A DNA stretch of 64,000 nt from a bacterium (GCA_043779265.1 JAYWEM010000084.1:3768-67767); one strand, 5' to 3'; counted from the stretch's first letter, positions 8,933 through 18,735 are shown. Notes: a model not told the origin generated them from the sequence alone. Made by a program: numbers and translations.

Positions 8933-11671
8933 TCAAGCGTCGCGCGGGTCGATCACGTCCGTCTCGATCCCGTACTCGCGGATCGCCTTGGCCACGACCG
9001 CCGCCTTCACCTTGCCGTCCTGCTGCAGCGCATGCAGCGTCGCGACGACCATGTGCTCGGCGTCGATCTCGAAGTGACGGCGCAGCGCCTCGCGCGTGTC
9101 GCTGCGACCGAACCCATCGGTGCCGAGCGCGACGAAACGATTGGGGATCCAGCGCGCCGGCATGTCGTTGACGGACTTCATCCAATCACTGGTCACGATG
9201 ACCGGACCCTCGGCCCCCTCGAGCGCCTGCGTCACGTAGGGCACGCGCGGCTTCTCGGTCGGGTGCAGACGATTCCAGCGCTCCGCACTCAGCGCATCGG
9301 TTCGCAGCAGTGAGTGGCTCGTGACGCTCCACACATCGGCCGCGACGCCCCACTTCTCGCCGAGCATCTCCTGCGCCCGCAGCGCCTGCAGCAGGATCGG
9401 GCCGCTGCCCCAGAGCTGCGCCTTGAGCGCGTGCTTGCCCTCGGCCACGCGGTAGCGATAGAGCCCCTTCAGGATGCCCGCTTCGACACCCTCCGGGCGC
9501 TTGGGCTGCGCGTAGTCCTGATTGTAGAGCGCCAAGTAGTAGAAGATGTCCTCGTTGTCGACGTACATGCGACGAAGACCATCCTGCACGATCGTCGCGA
9601 GCTCGAAGGCGAATGCCGGATCGTACGAGACGCAGTTCGGCACGGCCGAGGAGAGCAGCAGGCTGTGGCCATCCTCGTGCTGCAGGCCCTCGCCATTGAG
9701 CGTCGTGCGACCGGCAGTGGCGCCCAACAGGAAGCCGCGACCGCGCGCATCGCCGAACGCCCAGATCAGATCCATGGTCCGCTGGAAGCCGAACATCGAG
9801 TAGAAGATGTAGAACGGGATCGTCGTCTGGCCGTGGGTCGAGTAGCTCGTGCCCGCGGCGGTGAACGACGCCATCGAGCCCGACTCGGTGATGCCCTCTT
9901 CGAGCAACTGACCGTCGGCCTTCTCGGTGTAGGACAGCACCACCTTGGAGTCGACCGGCTCGTAGCGCTGGCCGAATGGAGCGTAGATCCCGATCTCGCG
10001 GAACAGCACTTCCAGGCCGAACGTGCGTGCCTCGTCGGGGATGATCGGCACGACGCGCTTGCCGTAATCGGCGTCTCGCAGCAGGTTGCGGAGCAGCTTG
10101 CCGAACACCATCGTGGTCGAGACCAACTGCTTCTCGCTGGTGCCGCCGTCGAACTCGGTGAACAGCTTGGCGGGCGCCTCGGGCATGGACTTCGTGCGCA
10201 CCACGCGCTTGGGGATGCTGCCGCCGAGTGCCTTGCGGCGCTCGAGCAGGTAGCGCACCTCGGGGCTGTCCGCACCCGGATGGAAGAACGGCGCGTGGTC
10301 GAGGTCGCGATCGGCGATCGGCAGCTCCAGGCGATCGCGGAACGTGCGCAGTTCCTCGAGGTCCAGCTTCTTCTTCTGGTGCGTCATGTTGCGCGCCTCG
10401 GAGGCGGAGCCGAGCGTCCAGCCCTTGACGGTCTTGGCGAGCACCACCGAGGGGCGGCCCTGTGTCGCAGTGGCCGCCGCGTAGGCGGCGTACACCTTGC
10501 GGTAGTCGTGGCCGCCGCGGCGCAGGTGCTTGATCTGATCGTCGCTCATCGACTCGACCATCTTGACGAGGCTCGGGTCGCGGCCGAACAGGTGCTCTCG
10601 GATGTAGGCGCCGGACTCGACGACGTACTTCTGCCACTCGCCATCGACGGTCTCGTTCATCGCGTCCACCAGGGCGCCGTCGTAGTCGCGCGCCAGCAGT
10701 GTGTCCCACTCGCGCGCCCACACGACCTTGATCACGTTCCAGCCGGCACCGGTGAACAGCGCCTCCATCTCCTGGATGATCTTGCCGTTGCCGCGCACCG
10801 GGCCGTCGAGTCGCTGCAGGTTGCAGTTGATGACGAACGTGAGGTTGTCGAGCCCCTCGCGCGCCGCGACCGTGAGTGCGCCCTGCGCCTCGACCTCGTC
10901 CATCTCGCCGTCGCCGAGGAAGGCCCACACGCGCGAACCCGAGGTGTCGGCGATGCCGCGAGCCGAGAGGTAGCGGTTGTAGCGCGCCTGATAGATGGCG
11001 TTGATGGGGCCGAGTCCCATCGAGACGGTGGGGAACTCCCAGAAGTCCGGCATCAGGCGCGGGTGCGGATAGCTCGAGAGCCCGACCCCGCGCGATTCGC
11101 GGCGGAAGTTGTCGAGTTGCGCCTCGGTCAGGCGCCCCTCGAGGAACGCGCGTGAATAGATGCCGGGGGCGGCATGGCCCTGGAAGAAGATCTGGTCGCC
11201 CGAGCTGCCATCGTCCTTGCCACGGAAGAAGTGGTTGAAGCCCACCTCATAGAGGCTGGCAGCCGACGCATAGGTGGAGAGGTGTCCGCCGAGCCCCGCG
11301 TCGCGATGATTGGCACGGATCACCATGACCGCCGCGTTCCAGCGGATGATGCGGCGGATGCGGAGCTCCATCGCCTCGTCGCCCGGGAACTCCGGCTCCT
11401 GCTCGGGCGAGATGGTGTTGATGTAGCGCGACTGCACCAGCCCCGGCAGCCCGACCTGCAACTGACGGGCGCGCTTGAGCACGCGGCGCAGCAGCCAGTC
11501 GGCGCGCTCGGGTCCCTGCGACTCGACCACGCCGTCCAGCGCGTCCAGCCACTCCTGCGTTTCGGTCTCATCGCCGTCCGGGAGGTGACGCTTGAACCCC
11601 GCGAGCAGGTTCAGGTGATAGCGCTCGGTCTCTCGCCGATCGCTCATGGGAGGCGGGTCCTTGAGGCTCAT
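8933..11671 (-). CDS. aceE: pyruvate dehydrogenase E1 component (homodimeric type)
   Basis: Strong E1 signature (HLSTYASAASLYEVGFNHFF ... GHAAPGIYSRAFLEGRL). I place the start at MSLKDPPPMSDRRETERYH, preceded by AAGGA. The longer ORF running to 12133 is low-complexity and not E1-like. Confidence 0.85.
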   Translation of the reverse strand: MSLKDPPPMSDRRETERYHLNLLAGFKRHLPDGDETETQEWLDALDGVVESQGPERADWLLRRVLKRARQLQVGLPGLVQSRYINTISPEQEPEFPGDEAMELRIRRIIRWNAAVMVIRANHRDAGLGGHLSTYASAASLYEVGFNHFFRGKDDGSSGDQIFFQGHAAPGIYSRAFLEGRLTEAQLDNFRRESRGVGLSSYPHPRLMPDFWEFPTVSMGLGPINAIYQARYNRYLSARGIADTSGSRVWAFLGDGEMDEVEAQGALTVAAREGLDNLTFVINCNLQRLDGPVRGNGKIIQEMEALFTGAGWNVIKVVWAREWDTLLARDYDGALVDAMNETVDGEWQKYVVESGAYIREHLFGRDPSLVKMVESMSDDQIKHLRRGGHDYRKVYAAYAAATATQGRPSVVLAKTVKGWTLGSASEARNMTHQKKKLDLEELRTFRDRLELPIADRDLDHAPFFHPGADSPEVRYLLERRKALGGSIPKRVVRTKSMPEAPAKLFTEFDGGTSEKQLVSTTMVFGKLLRNLLRDADYGKRVVPIIPDEARTFGLEVLFREIGIYAPFGQRYEPVDSKVVLSYTEKADGQLLEEGITESGSMASFTAAGTSYSTHGQTTIPFYIFYSMFGFQRTMDLIWAFGDARGRGFLLGATAGRTTLNGEGLQHEDGHSLLLSSAVPNCVSYDPAFAFELATIVQDGLRRMYVDNEDIFYYLALYNQDYAQPKRPEGVEAGILKGLYRYRVAEGKHALKAQLWGSGPILLQALRAQEMLGEKWGVAADVWSVTSHSLLRTDALSAERWNRLHPTEKPRVPYVTQALEGAEGPVIVTSDWMKSVNDMPARWIPNRFVALGTDGFGRSDTREALRRHFEIDAEHMVVATLHALQQDGKVKAAVVAKAIREYGIETDVIDPRDA

Positions 11672-11860
11672 TTCGTGGGTGTCCTTTCGAAACGGCCGAA
11701 GTCGCGGCCGGAGCTGCGGGCGAAGCCGCCGCGGGAGGTCGCGCGGCTTGTGCCCGGGCGGGTGCAAGCGGGCCTGATGGCGGTTCCCTGATCGTCCGGC
11801 AGGATAGCGCCCGCGCGAGAGCGGGGCCAAACGCCCGGGGCCCCTTCTGGCCGCATCCGT

Positions 11861-12032
11861 CGCGATTGCTTTGACCTGCGCGTCTCGTCGTGGTGGCCTG
11901 TCGTCTCCGTCGACCCCCTTGCTGCTCCCCGGAGGCCCCGATGCCCGTCTCTTCGCCCGCACACACCGTCGTCCACCCGGCCCGCAAGGGTCCTCGCCCG
12001 ATGGCCGCTGGGCGCTCGTGGCGGTTGGTGAG
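11861..12032 (+). repeat. degenerate direct-repeat copy of the S9 peptidase promoter and 5' coding end (compare 14098-14310)
   Basis: The core is about 87% identical to the start of the peptidase gene (ATGCCCGTCTC(T/A)TCGCCCGCACACACCGTC...CGCAAGGG) and carries a 54-bp internal deletion. It encodes the remnant MPVSSPAHTVVHPARKGPRPMAAGRSWRLVSSR*. Confidence 0.7.
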
Positions 12033-12138
12033 CTCGCGATGAACGGCGAAGAGCGCACTGGGCGCGGGCTCGGCCGGATCCGACACTGGCTCCTCGCTCT
12101 CCGGCGAGCTGGTCGGCCGATCGCGCTGCTCATCCTCG

Positions 12139-14058
12139 GTGTGTTCGGCGCTCAGTTCGCTCAGGCGCAGTCCGTGGCTCCTTTCGAACGAGTGTGGGGG
12201 GGGCGATACGGGCCTGCGCGTGTTCAGCGCGTACTCCGTGGCGAGCCATGGGATCGTGGGCGACGGACAGGGCGGAGCCTATGTGGCCGCGAGCCTCTAT
12301 GAGCCCAGCCTCGCGGATTCGCCCTTCGTCACGCGGATCCTTCGCGTCGATGCCCAGGGAAACCCGCATAGCGGTTGGCCTGCGGGAGGACTCGTGCTCC
12401 ACCGGAACGAGTCGTACGCCCCCTGGTTCGACCAACTGATCATCAGGCGCTCCCAGAATGGGAGCCTCTCCGTGAACGGCACGAAGCGCAGACACGGACA
12501 AGATCGGCTGGAGGCGATGGTGGTGGAGGATCCGGCGCCTCGAGTTGCCTGGGCGTCGTTCGATCGGAGACCCACTCAGCGGTTCGATCGCAGATTCGTA
12601 CCCACGCCGAGTGGCGATTGGTGGTCGCTCACCTTCGAATTCGACTCGCTCACCGTGCGACTGCGCAGGCCCAACGGCTCACCCGCACCGGGCTGGCCTG
12701 CGAGTGGTGTCTGCATCGACCGCGCCAGCCCCTCCGGAGTCACTCGCGAAGTCACCAGTCATTGGGAACCGCGAGTACTTCCCGACGGACGGATCGGGAT
12801 CCTCTATGAGAGCCTGGAGTATCCGCCCGGCCCGAGCGTGAGAAAGCTCCATTTGGTGAGGATCAGCCCATCCGGCGCAGCTATCGAACGCGATTCGTTG
12901 CCTCTCACGCCTTGGTTGGGCCGGCTCCGATCATGGACCACCGACGAGGTCGGGAGACCACTGCTCACATGGTCCGATATGAACAATCTGCAGGCTACCG
13001 GTCTCCAATGGGACGGTGCACGGCGTTGGTCCGATGCGCTGTACCCCGACTCGAGCTTCAACCTCTCGCTCGAGGCCTTCGCTGCTCCTGACGGAAACGG
13101 CGGGGCCTACATCGCTCACACCACCGAGGCTCCCTCGGAGTGGCTGTCGCAACTCCGATTGCTCCATCGGCAGGACGACGGCACGCTCGCTGTGGGCATC
13201 TATGCGCTCACTCCGATTCCCGGGACCACTCCCTTCGTAAGCAGTGCCTTCCGAGTCTGGGGGGACGCGCTGGGCCGCGCGGTGCTTTGTCTGCATTGCG
13301 ATGGAGAGAGCTCATTCGGGGCGCGCGGGGCGCCCCGGTTGCTGATCGTGGATTCGGACGGTCAGTTCGCCGGCTCCGATCCGGAGGGCACCAAGGTGTT
13401 CCCTGTGGGCTTCTACAGCTCGTTCCGTCTTGAGTCCGATTCCAATGGGGATGTGTTCGCGTCCTGCCTCGAGTTGGATGCAAGTGGCACGGCGAGGCAT
13501 GTGATCGCGCAGCGCATGCACGCCGACCAACCGGTGGCGACGCTCGCCTCGCGCGTCTCGGGCGGGCGCGTTCGTGGCGGGGTTGAGCTGACGTGGCAAC
13601 TGAGCGGCGACGCCGCGACCGTGGCGCTCGTCGAGCGCAGCGTGGGCGACATGCCGTACGAGGCGTTCGCGTCACTGGCGCCGGATGGCGACGGGCGTGT
13701 ACGCGTGCTCGACCTCGCTGCGCCGAGCGAGGCCCGCTTGCGCTACCGACTGTCGGTCGCGGGGCTGGTGCTCGACATCTGGGAGCTGACAGCGCACAGC
13801 CCGCCGGGGTTGTCGTTGGCACTCGGGCGCACCACTGACGGCGAGGTGGCCGCGCGGATCACGCTCGAGGGCGTTGGCGATGCCCGGCTCGACGTGTTCG
13901 ACGTGGCGGGACGACTCCAGCGCAGCGAGGACCTGAGCGACCGAGGCGCCGGCACACATGAGTTGGCGCTCCCCGGAGCCGGCCCGCCCGGGCTGCGGCT
14001 CGTGCGGCTGCGAGAGGGCGGAGCGCAGCGGGTCGTGCGGTACGCGAGCCTGCGCTGA
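12139..14058 (+). CDS. secreted protein with a T9SS / FlgD-Ig-like C-terminal domain; the N-terminal signal peptide is in another frame (apparent +1 frameshift at a G8 tract)
   Basis: The body ORF (frame 1) ends with LDVFDVAGRLQR...GAGTHELALPGAGPPGLRLVRLREGG..VVRYASL, typical of T9SS/FlgD-like C-terminal domains. A signal peptide ORF in frame 0 (ATG 12039; MNGEERTGRGLGRIRHWLLALRRAGRPIALLILGVFGAQFAQAQS) runs into the G8 run at 12196-12203. Removing one G fuses the two frames. Confidence 0.6.
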   Translation: MCSALSSLRRSPWLLSNECGGGDTGLRVFSAYSVASHGIVGDGQGGAYVAASLYEPSLADSPFVTRILRVDAQGNPHSGWPAGGLVLHRNESYAPWFDQLIIRRSQNGSLSVNGTKRRHGQDRLEAMVVEDPAPRVAWASFDRRPTQRFDRRFVPTPSGDWWSLTFEFDSLTVRLRRPNGSPAPGWPASGVCIDRASPSGVTREVTSHWEPRVLPDGRIGILYESLEYPPGPSVRKLHLVRISPSGAAIERDSLPLTPWLGRLRSWTTDEVGRPLLTWSDMNNLQATGLQWDGARRWSDALYPDSSFNLSLEAFAAPDGNGGAYIAHTTEAPSEWLSQLRLLHRQDDGTLAVGIYALTPIPGTTPFVSSAFRVWGDALGRAVLCLHCDGESSFGARGAPRLLIVDSDGQFAGSDPEGTKVFPVGFYSSFRLESDSNGDVFASCLELDASGTARHVIAQRMHADQPVATLASRVSGGRVRGGVELTWQLSGDAATVALVERSVGDMPYEAFASLAPDGDGRVRVLDLAAPSEARLRYRLSVAGLVLDIWELTAHSPPGLSLALGRTTDGEVAARITLEGVGDARLDVFDVAGRLQRSEDLSDRGAGTHELALPGAGPPGLRLVRLREGGAQRVVRYASLR

Positions 14059-14167
14059 ACGGTCGGCGTGGCGTTCCCCCGCACCCGTCACGAAGCGGTT
14101 GACCGCGGCGCCTGCGCATGGTGGCCTCCGGTGCCACTTCGCGCTCTACAAGCTCCCGGAGGCTCTA

Positions 14168-16174
14168 ATGCCCGTCTCATCGCCCGCACACACCGTCATC
14201 CACCCGGCTCGCAAGGGCCCCCGCCCCATGACCGCCGAGGATCTCTGGGACCTGCCGCGCGTCGGCTCGCCGCAGCCCTCGCCCGATGGTCGCTGGGCGC
14301 TCGTTCCGGTGGCGCACACCGACCTCGAGAAGAACGAGTCGCGCAACACGCTGTTCCTGGTCACGCTCGATGGCACCGCGGAGCCTCGCGCGCTCACCTC
14401 GCCCGAGCTGTCGGCCTCGGGCCCTCGCTGGGCTCCCGATGGGCGCCGCTTCACATTCCTCCGTAAGGACGCCGACTCGCGGATGCAGTTGCATCTGCTG
14501 TCGCTCGATGGCGGCGAGCCGCGCGTCCTGACGACGCTGCCACTCGGCGTCTCCGATGCGCTGTGGCTGCCGGACGGCAAGGGGCTGATCCTCGCGGCGC
14601 AGTTGATCAAGGGGCACCTGACGCCCGAGGCGACGCTCGCCGAGCGCGACCGCCGCGCCAAGGACCCGGTCAAGGCGCACGTCACCGAGGACCGCTTCTA
14701 TCGCTACTGGGACACGTGGATCGACACGGGCGAGGTGATGCATCTGTTCCACCTCGAGCTTGCGAGTGGTGCGGTGCGCGACCTGATCCCGGACTCGGAG
14801 CTGTGGTTCGAGTGGATGGACCCGACGGGGCAGTTCGACATCAGCCCCGATGGCGCCGAGGTGGCGTTCACGGGCACGTGGTTCGATGACGCGCGCTCGC
14901 TCATCGTCACTTCCGTGTTCACCGTGCCGATCACCGGCGGCACGCCGGCACGGCTCGTCCCGCCGCACACCGCCGACGACTTCCGCCCGCGCTATTCTCC
15001 GGACGGCACTCAGATCGTCTACGGACGCACGCTCGACCCGCTGTTCTACGCCGACCCGCCGCAGCTCATGCGCTACGAGCGTGCGAGCCGCCAGCACTTC
15101 ATGATCGTGACCGATTGGGACTTCTCGCCGACCGGTTGGGAGTTCAGCGACGACGGCTCGCTGGTGTTCGTGGCCGAGCAGCATGCGCGCGTGAAGTTGT
15201 TCGCCTGGAACGGCAAGGGCGAGCCGCAGGTGGTGGTCGGCGAGGGTGCGGTCAGCGGGATGTCGCCGGTCCGAGGCGGTCGGCTCGTCTACGCGCATCA
15301 GACGAACGCCTCGCCCACCGAGATCGAGGTGTGCGCCAAGGACGGCTCGAAGCGCCAGCGCATCACCCACTTCACCGACGCGGTCGTCGCGCGCTACGGG
15401 ACCGGCGAGGTGCGCGAGATGCTGTTCGAGGGCGCCGACGGCGAGACCGTTCAGATGCTCGTCGTGCTTCCTCCGGGCGCGGACGGCAGCCAGCCGCTGC
15501 CGCTGGTGCACATGATCCACGGCGGCCCGCACGGCATCTTCGGCGACCAGTGGCATGCGAGATGGAACCCGCATCTGTTCGCGGCGCCCGGTTACGTGGC
15601 GGCGATGGTCAACTTCCAGGGCTCGACGTCGTGGGGGAAGGACTTCGCCAAGCGCATCCAGGGCGAGTGGGCGAGGCGGCCGCACGAGGATGTGATGAAC
15701 GCGACCGACGTGCTGATCGCCGCGGGTATCGCCGATCCCGAGCGCATGGCAGCCACCGGTGGCAGCTACGGTGGCTACATGGCGACCTGGATCGCCGGCC
15801 ACACGGACCGCTTCAAGTGCATCATCTGCCACGCGGGCGTGAACGACCTGACCGGCCAGTACGCGAGCGACGTCACACAGGGGCGTGGCCAAGCGGCGGG
15901 CGGCGAGGCGTGGGACGGTCTCGAAGCGCAGGATCGCTGGTCGCCGATCCGCTATGCGAGCGCCATGAACACGCCGATGCTGGTGATCCACGGCGAGCGC
16001 GACTACCGCGTGCCGGTGGGGCAGGGACTGCTGCTCTACGGGATGCTCAAGGCCAAGGGCGTGCCCGCGAGGCTCGTGTACTTCCCGGACGAGAACCACT
16101 GGATCCTCAAGCCGAAGAACTCGCTCCTGTGGTGCGGCGAAGTGCAGAGCTGGTTGGGTCGCTGGCTCGGCTGA
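14168..16174 (+). CDS. S9 family serine peptidase (prolyl oligopeptidase / acylaminoacyl-peptidase-like) with an N-terminal beta-propeller
   Basis: Catalytic GGSYGGYM nucleophile motif and C-terminal Asp and His regions (IHGERDYRVP, ENHW). An alternative start is MTAEDL at 14228. The ORF-track start at 13958 overlaps the upstream gene and is rejected. Confidence 0.85.
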   Translation: MPVSSPAHTVIHPARKGPRPMTAEDLWDLPRVGSPQPSPDGRWALVPVAHTDLEKNESRNTLFLVTLDGTAEPRALTSPELSASGPRWAPDGRRFTFLRKDADSRMQLHLLSLDGGEPRVLTTLPLGVSDALWLPDGKGLILAAQLIKGHLTPEATLAERDRRAKDPVKAHVTEDRFYRYWDTWIDTGEVMHLFHLELASGAVRDLIPDSELWFEWMDPTGQFDISPDGAEVAFTGTWFDDARSLIVTSVFTVPITGGTPARLVPPHTADDFRPRYSPDGTQIVYGRTLDPLFYADPPQLMRYERASRQHFMIVTDWDFSPTGWEFSDDGSLVFVAEQHARVKLFAWNGKGEPQVVVGEGAVSGMSPVRGGRLVYAHQTNASPTEIEVCAKDGSKRQRITHFTDAVVARYGTGEVREMLFEGADGETVQMLVVLPPGADGSQPLPLVHMIHGGPHGIFGDQWHARWNPHLFAAPGYVAAMVNFQGSTSWGKDFAKRIQGEWARRPHEDVMNATDVLIAAGIADPERMAATGGSYGGYMATWIAGHTDRFKCIICHAGVNDLTGQYASDVTQGRGQAAGGEAWDGLEAQDRWSPIRYASAMNTPMLVIHGERDYRVPVGQGLLLYGMLKAKGVPARLVYFPDENHWILKPKNSLLWCGEVQSWLGRWLG

Positions 16175-16186
16175 GACGTGTGCGCC

Positions 16187-16215
16187 GCCGGGCCCCGCGA
16201 GAGCGGTGGCCCGGC
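16187..16215 (+). terminator. GC-rich hairpin downstream of the S9 peptidase gene (12-bp stem, GAGA loop)
   Basis: gccgggccccgc-gaga-gcggtggcccggc is a perfect inverted repeat, but there is no T tract, which is common in high-GC genomes. Confidence 0.35.
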
Positions 16216-16245
16216 TCGCCGATCCCGTTCTAGAGTGCGGGCACC

Positions 16246-16587
16246 ATGCCCCTGTCCGAGAAGCTGCTGCGCCTGCTCGCGGAGTGTGATGTCGAGACCT
16301 ATCGCGCCTCCGGGCCGGGCGGTCAGCATCGCAACAAGACCGAGTCGGCGGTGCGGTTGCGGCACAGGCCCTCGGGTCTGACCCGCATCGGGACCGAGGA
16401 GCGCTCGCAGCTGCGGAACAAGCAGCGGGCGCTCGAGCGCCTTCATGCCGCGCTCGAAGCCGCCAAGCGCAAGAAGAAGAAGCGCATCGCCACGAAGCCC
16501 ACGCGCTCGTCGCAGCTCGACCGCATGGACAGCAAGACGCGCCGGTCCAAGGTGAAGCGCCTGCGGAGTACGAGCTCCGACGACTGA
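16246..16587 (+). CDS. arfB: alternative ribosome-rescue factor ArfB (peptidyl-tRNA hydrolase, YaeJ family)
   Basis: GGQ motif ([16 protein letters not shown]) and a basic C-terminal tail ([12 protein letters not shown]...RRSKVKRLR). Confidence 0.85.
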   Translation: MPLSEKLLRLLAECDVETYRASGPGGQHRNKTESAVRLRHRPSGLTRIGTEERSQLRNKQRALERLHAALEAAKRKKKKRIATKPTRSSQLDRMDSKTRRSKVKRLRSTSSDD

Positions 16588-16713
16588 GCCGGGCCGGGAC
16601 CCGCGCGGGCTGGCCGCCCGGCGCGGCTGGGGCTAGTGTCCCGTCTCGTGCCCGCGCGCGTGGCCACGCCGGAGACACGCCTGCCGACCGCCTGGAACGC
16701 CTCGGAGAACTCG

Positions 16714-17322
16714 ATGAATCCCACGCCCGGACCTGCCGATATCCACGAGAGCCCGAGAAGCGAACCCCGGCTCCCTCCGGGGCAGGTGCTGACCGAGAAG
16801 TGGCCAGTTCTCCACTACGGATCGGTGCCGACGGTGGACCTCGACACCTGGGATCTCACGGTGAACGGCCTCGTCGAGCACGAGCAGAAGTGGAATTGGT
16901 CGCAGTTCGAGCAGCTCCCGCGGGTGCAGGTGAGGTCGGACATCCACTGCGTCACACGGTGGAGTCGCTACGACAACCTGTGGGAAGGCGTTTCGATGCG
17001 TGACCTCCTGTCGCGCGTGGCCGTGAAGCCGGAGTGCCGGTTCGCGATCATCCACGCCGAGCAGGGGTTCACCACCAATCTCCCGATCGCGGAGCTCCTG
17101 CACGATGACGTCCTGCTCGCCGACCAGCACAGTGGCCAGCCGCTCACGCCCGAGCACGGGTGGCCGCTTCGGCTCGTCGTGCCCAAGCGCTACTTCTGGA
17201 AGAGCGCCAAGTGGGTGCGCCGGATCGAACTGGTGGGAGCCGATGTCCCCGGATTCTGGGAGCGCAATGGCTATCACAACGACGCCGATCCCTGGAGCGA
17301 GGAACGTTTCTCCGACTGGTGA
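16714..17322 (+). CDS. molybdopterin-dependent oxidoreductase (sulfite-oxidase-like Moco-binding domain)
   Basis: Resembles the sulfite-oxidase-type Moco-binding oxidoreductase fold (...HCVTRWS...WEGV...HGWPLRLVVPKRYFWKSAKWVRRIEL). The start is uncertain: GTG at 16636 or ATG at 16714. Confidence 0.65.
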   Translation: MNPTPGPADIHESPRSEPRLPPGQVLTEKWPVLHYGSVPTVDLDTWDLTVNGLVEHEQKWNWSQFEQLPRVQVRSDIHCVTRWSRYDNLWEGVSMRDLLSRVAVKPECRFAIIHAEQGFTTNLPIAELLHDDVLLADQHSGQPLTPEHGWPLRLVVPKRYFWKSAKWVRRIELVGADVPGFWERNGYHNDADPWSEERFSDW

Positions 17323-17340
17323 CCCGGCCGAGGAGGGGCG

Positions 17341-18735
17341 ATGAACGACGACGCTCGCGTCGCCCAGGCTCGCCGCTGGCTCGAAGAGCAGTTGGTCGGG
17401 CTCGCCGGCCTCCGCAACGCGCAGTCGCGCGATCCGGCCTTCAAGCACTGGCGCCAGAACACGCTCACCGTGCTCCAGCGCATCTGGCCGGATGATGCTG
17501 GCCACTCCGAGAACTTCCGGCGCATCCCGTTTTCGATGCCCGGCAACAAGACGACGCCGAAGGCGATTCGCGAGTGGTATTCGCGCGGCTGCACGGACGC
17601 GGCCAAGGTGCTGCGCATGCTGCTCGAGGAAGTCGACACCGTCGGCGTTCCCGATCCCAGCAAGGATCGTTCGCGCGAGATCGAGAATGAAGTCGTGGTC
17701 GGCGACTACCCCACGCTCGACCTGGCCTCGGGAGAGGCCGAGTCGGATTCGTCAGGCCCCGAAGTGGCGGACGAGATCATGCTCGACCTGGGTGCGCCGA
17801 GCACTCCGATCGGAGCTGCGACGGCCTCGATGCTCGATCGTGGGCCCGACGAACCGTTGCCTCCAACGCTCAAGGTCGCCGTTCCCAAGGCCGCGCCGCT
17901 CCCAGCTGCGACGAGCGACGAACTTCCGGTCGTGAAGGAGCGCGTGAGCGCTCAGCCGATTCCCAAGCGCCGTGCCTCGGCCAAGCCGAGCCGCAAGGAG
18001 CGCACACGCGGAGCCTCGCGCCAGAAGCTCAAGGACATGCTCGGCCTCGCTCGATTCGAAGCGGTCGAGGGTAGTGCGGCCGAGCCGGCGGCTGCAGCGA
18101 CGCCAGCCACACCGACCGCCGAGGCGGCGGCTCCGACCATGCAAGTCGGGAACGTCGAGGCCGCACCGCCCAAGCGCCGCTCCGGCTCGATCGTCGACCT
18201 GAACTCGATGATCGCCGCGGAGTTCCGCGATGCTCCGGCGGTCGAGCCGCGCCGAACGGCGGCCAAGTCGGTCGAAGCGCCGGTTCCCGCGAACGAGGAG
18301 GCGCCGGTCGCGGACGAGGCGCCTGCGCCTGCGATCGAGCAGGCTCCAATGGCGAGCACCGAGGACACTGCCGAATCGTCCGAGGATGGCCTCGACCCCG
18401 AGGCGTTCGCCCGTGCAACCGAGGCCTTCCTGCTGACGTCGCCGGTGCTGGGCTCGACCGGTCGGCCGGTGCAGCGTGTCTCGGATGGCACGTCGTTCAT
18501 GGATCCCGACGCCGTCGCCGTGGCGTCGCTGGCGAGCGAGGTCGGGCGGCTATCGGTGCCCGAACCCCAGCGCGCATCGCTTCGCGCTCACCTGATGGGT
18601 CTCGCGCGCCAGCTCGAGACCGGTGAGCTCGAGTGGGCACTGTTGCGTGAGTCGGTGACGCTTTCGATGGAGCATCCGGAGCTGGCGCGGCGACTCATGC
18701 CGATCCTGCTCCCGTGGCTCGACCGCGCCGCCTGA
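17341..18735 (+). CDS. hypothetical protein with an Ala/Pro/Glu-rich low-complexity central region
   Basis: 464-aa ORF with structured-looking N- and C-terminal segments flanking about 250 aa of A/P/E-rich sequence. It lies immediately upstream of clpB. No family is recognised. Confidence 0.5.
   Translation: MNDDARVAQARRWLEEQLVGLAGLRNAQSRDPAFKHWRQNTLTVLQRIWPDDAGHSENFRRIPFSMPGNKTTPKAIREWYSRGCTDAAKVLRMLLEEVDTVGVPDPSKDRSREIENEVVVGDYPTLDLASGEAESDSSGPEVADEIMLDLGAPSTPIGAATASMLDRGPDEPLPPTLKVAVPKAAPLPAATSDELPVVKERVSAQPIPKRRASAKPSRKERTRGASRQKLKDMLGLARFEAVEGSAAEPAAAATPATPTAEAAAPTMQVGNVEAAPPKRRSGSIVDLNSMIAAEFRDAPAVEPRRTAAKSVEAPVPANEEAPVADEAPAPAIEQAPMASTEDTAESSEDGLDPEAFARATEAFLLTSPVLGSTGRPVQRVSDGTSFMDPDAVAVASLASEVGRLSVPEPQRASLRAHLMGLARQLETGELEWALLRESVTLSMEHPELARRLMPILLPWLDRAA

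Noticed and set aside
9186-11155. ORFs 9186-10928 (minus strand, alternate frame) and 9314-11155 (plus strand) overlapping aceE
   Set aside because: Shadow ORFs of the strongly conserved E1 gene. Their translations are Arg/Pro-rich nonsense.
11672-12133. N-terminal extension of the aceE ORF up to 12133
   Set aside because: The extension is low-complexity Arg/Pro sequence unlike any E1 N-terminus. The conserved E1 N-terminus begins at MSLKDPPPMSDRRETERYH, which has an upstream AAGGA.
14177-16678. 833-aa minus-strand ORF covering the S9 peptidase gene
   Set aside because: Antisense shadow ORF. The plus strand carries the catalytic GGSYGG, Asp and His motifs.
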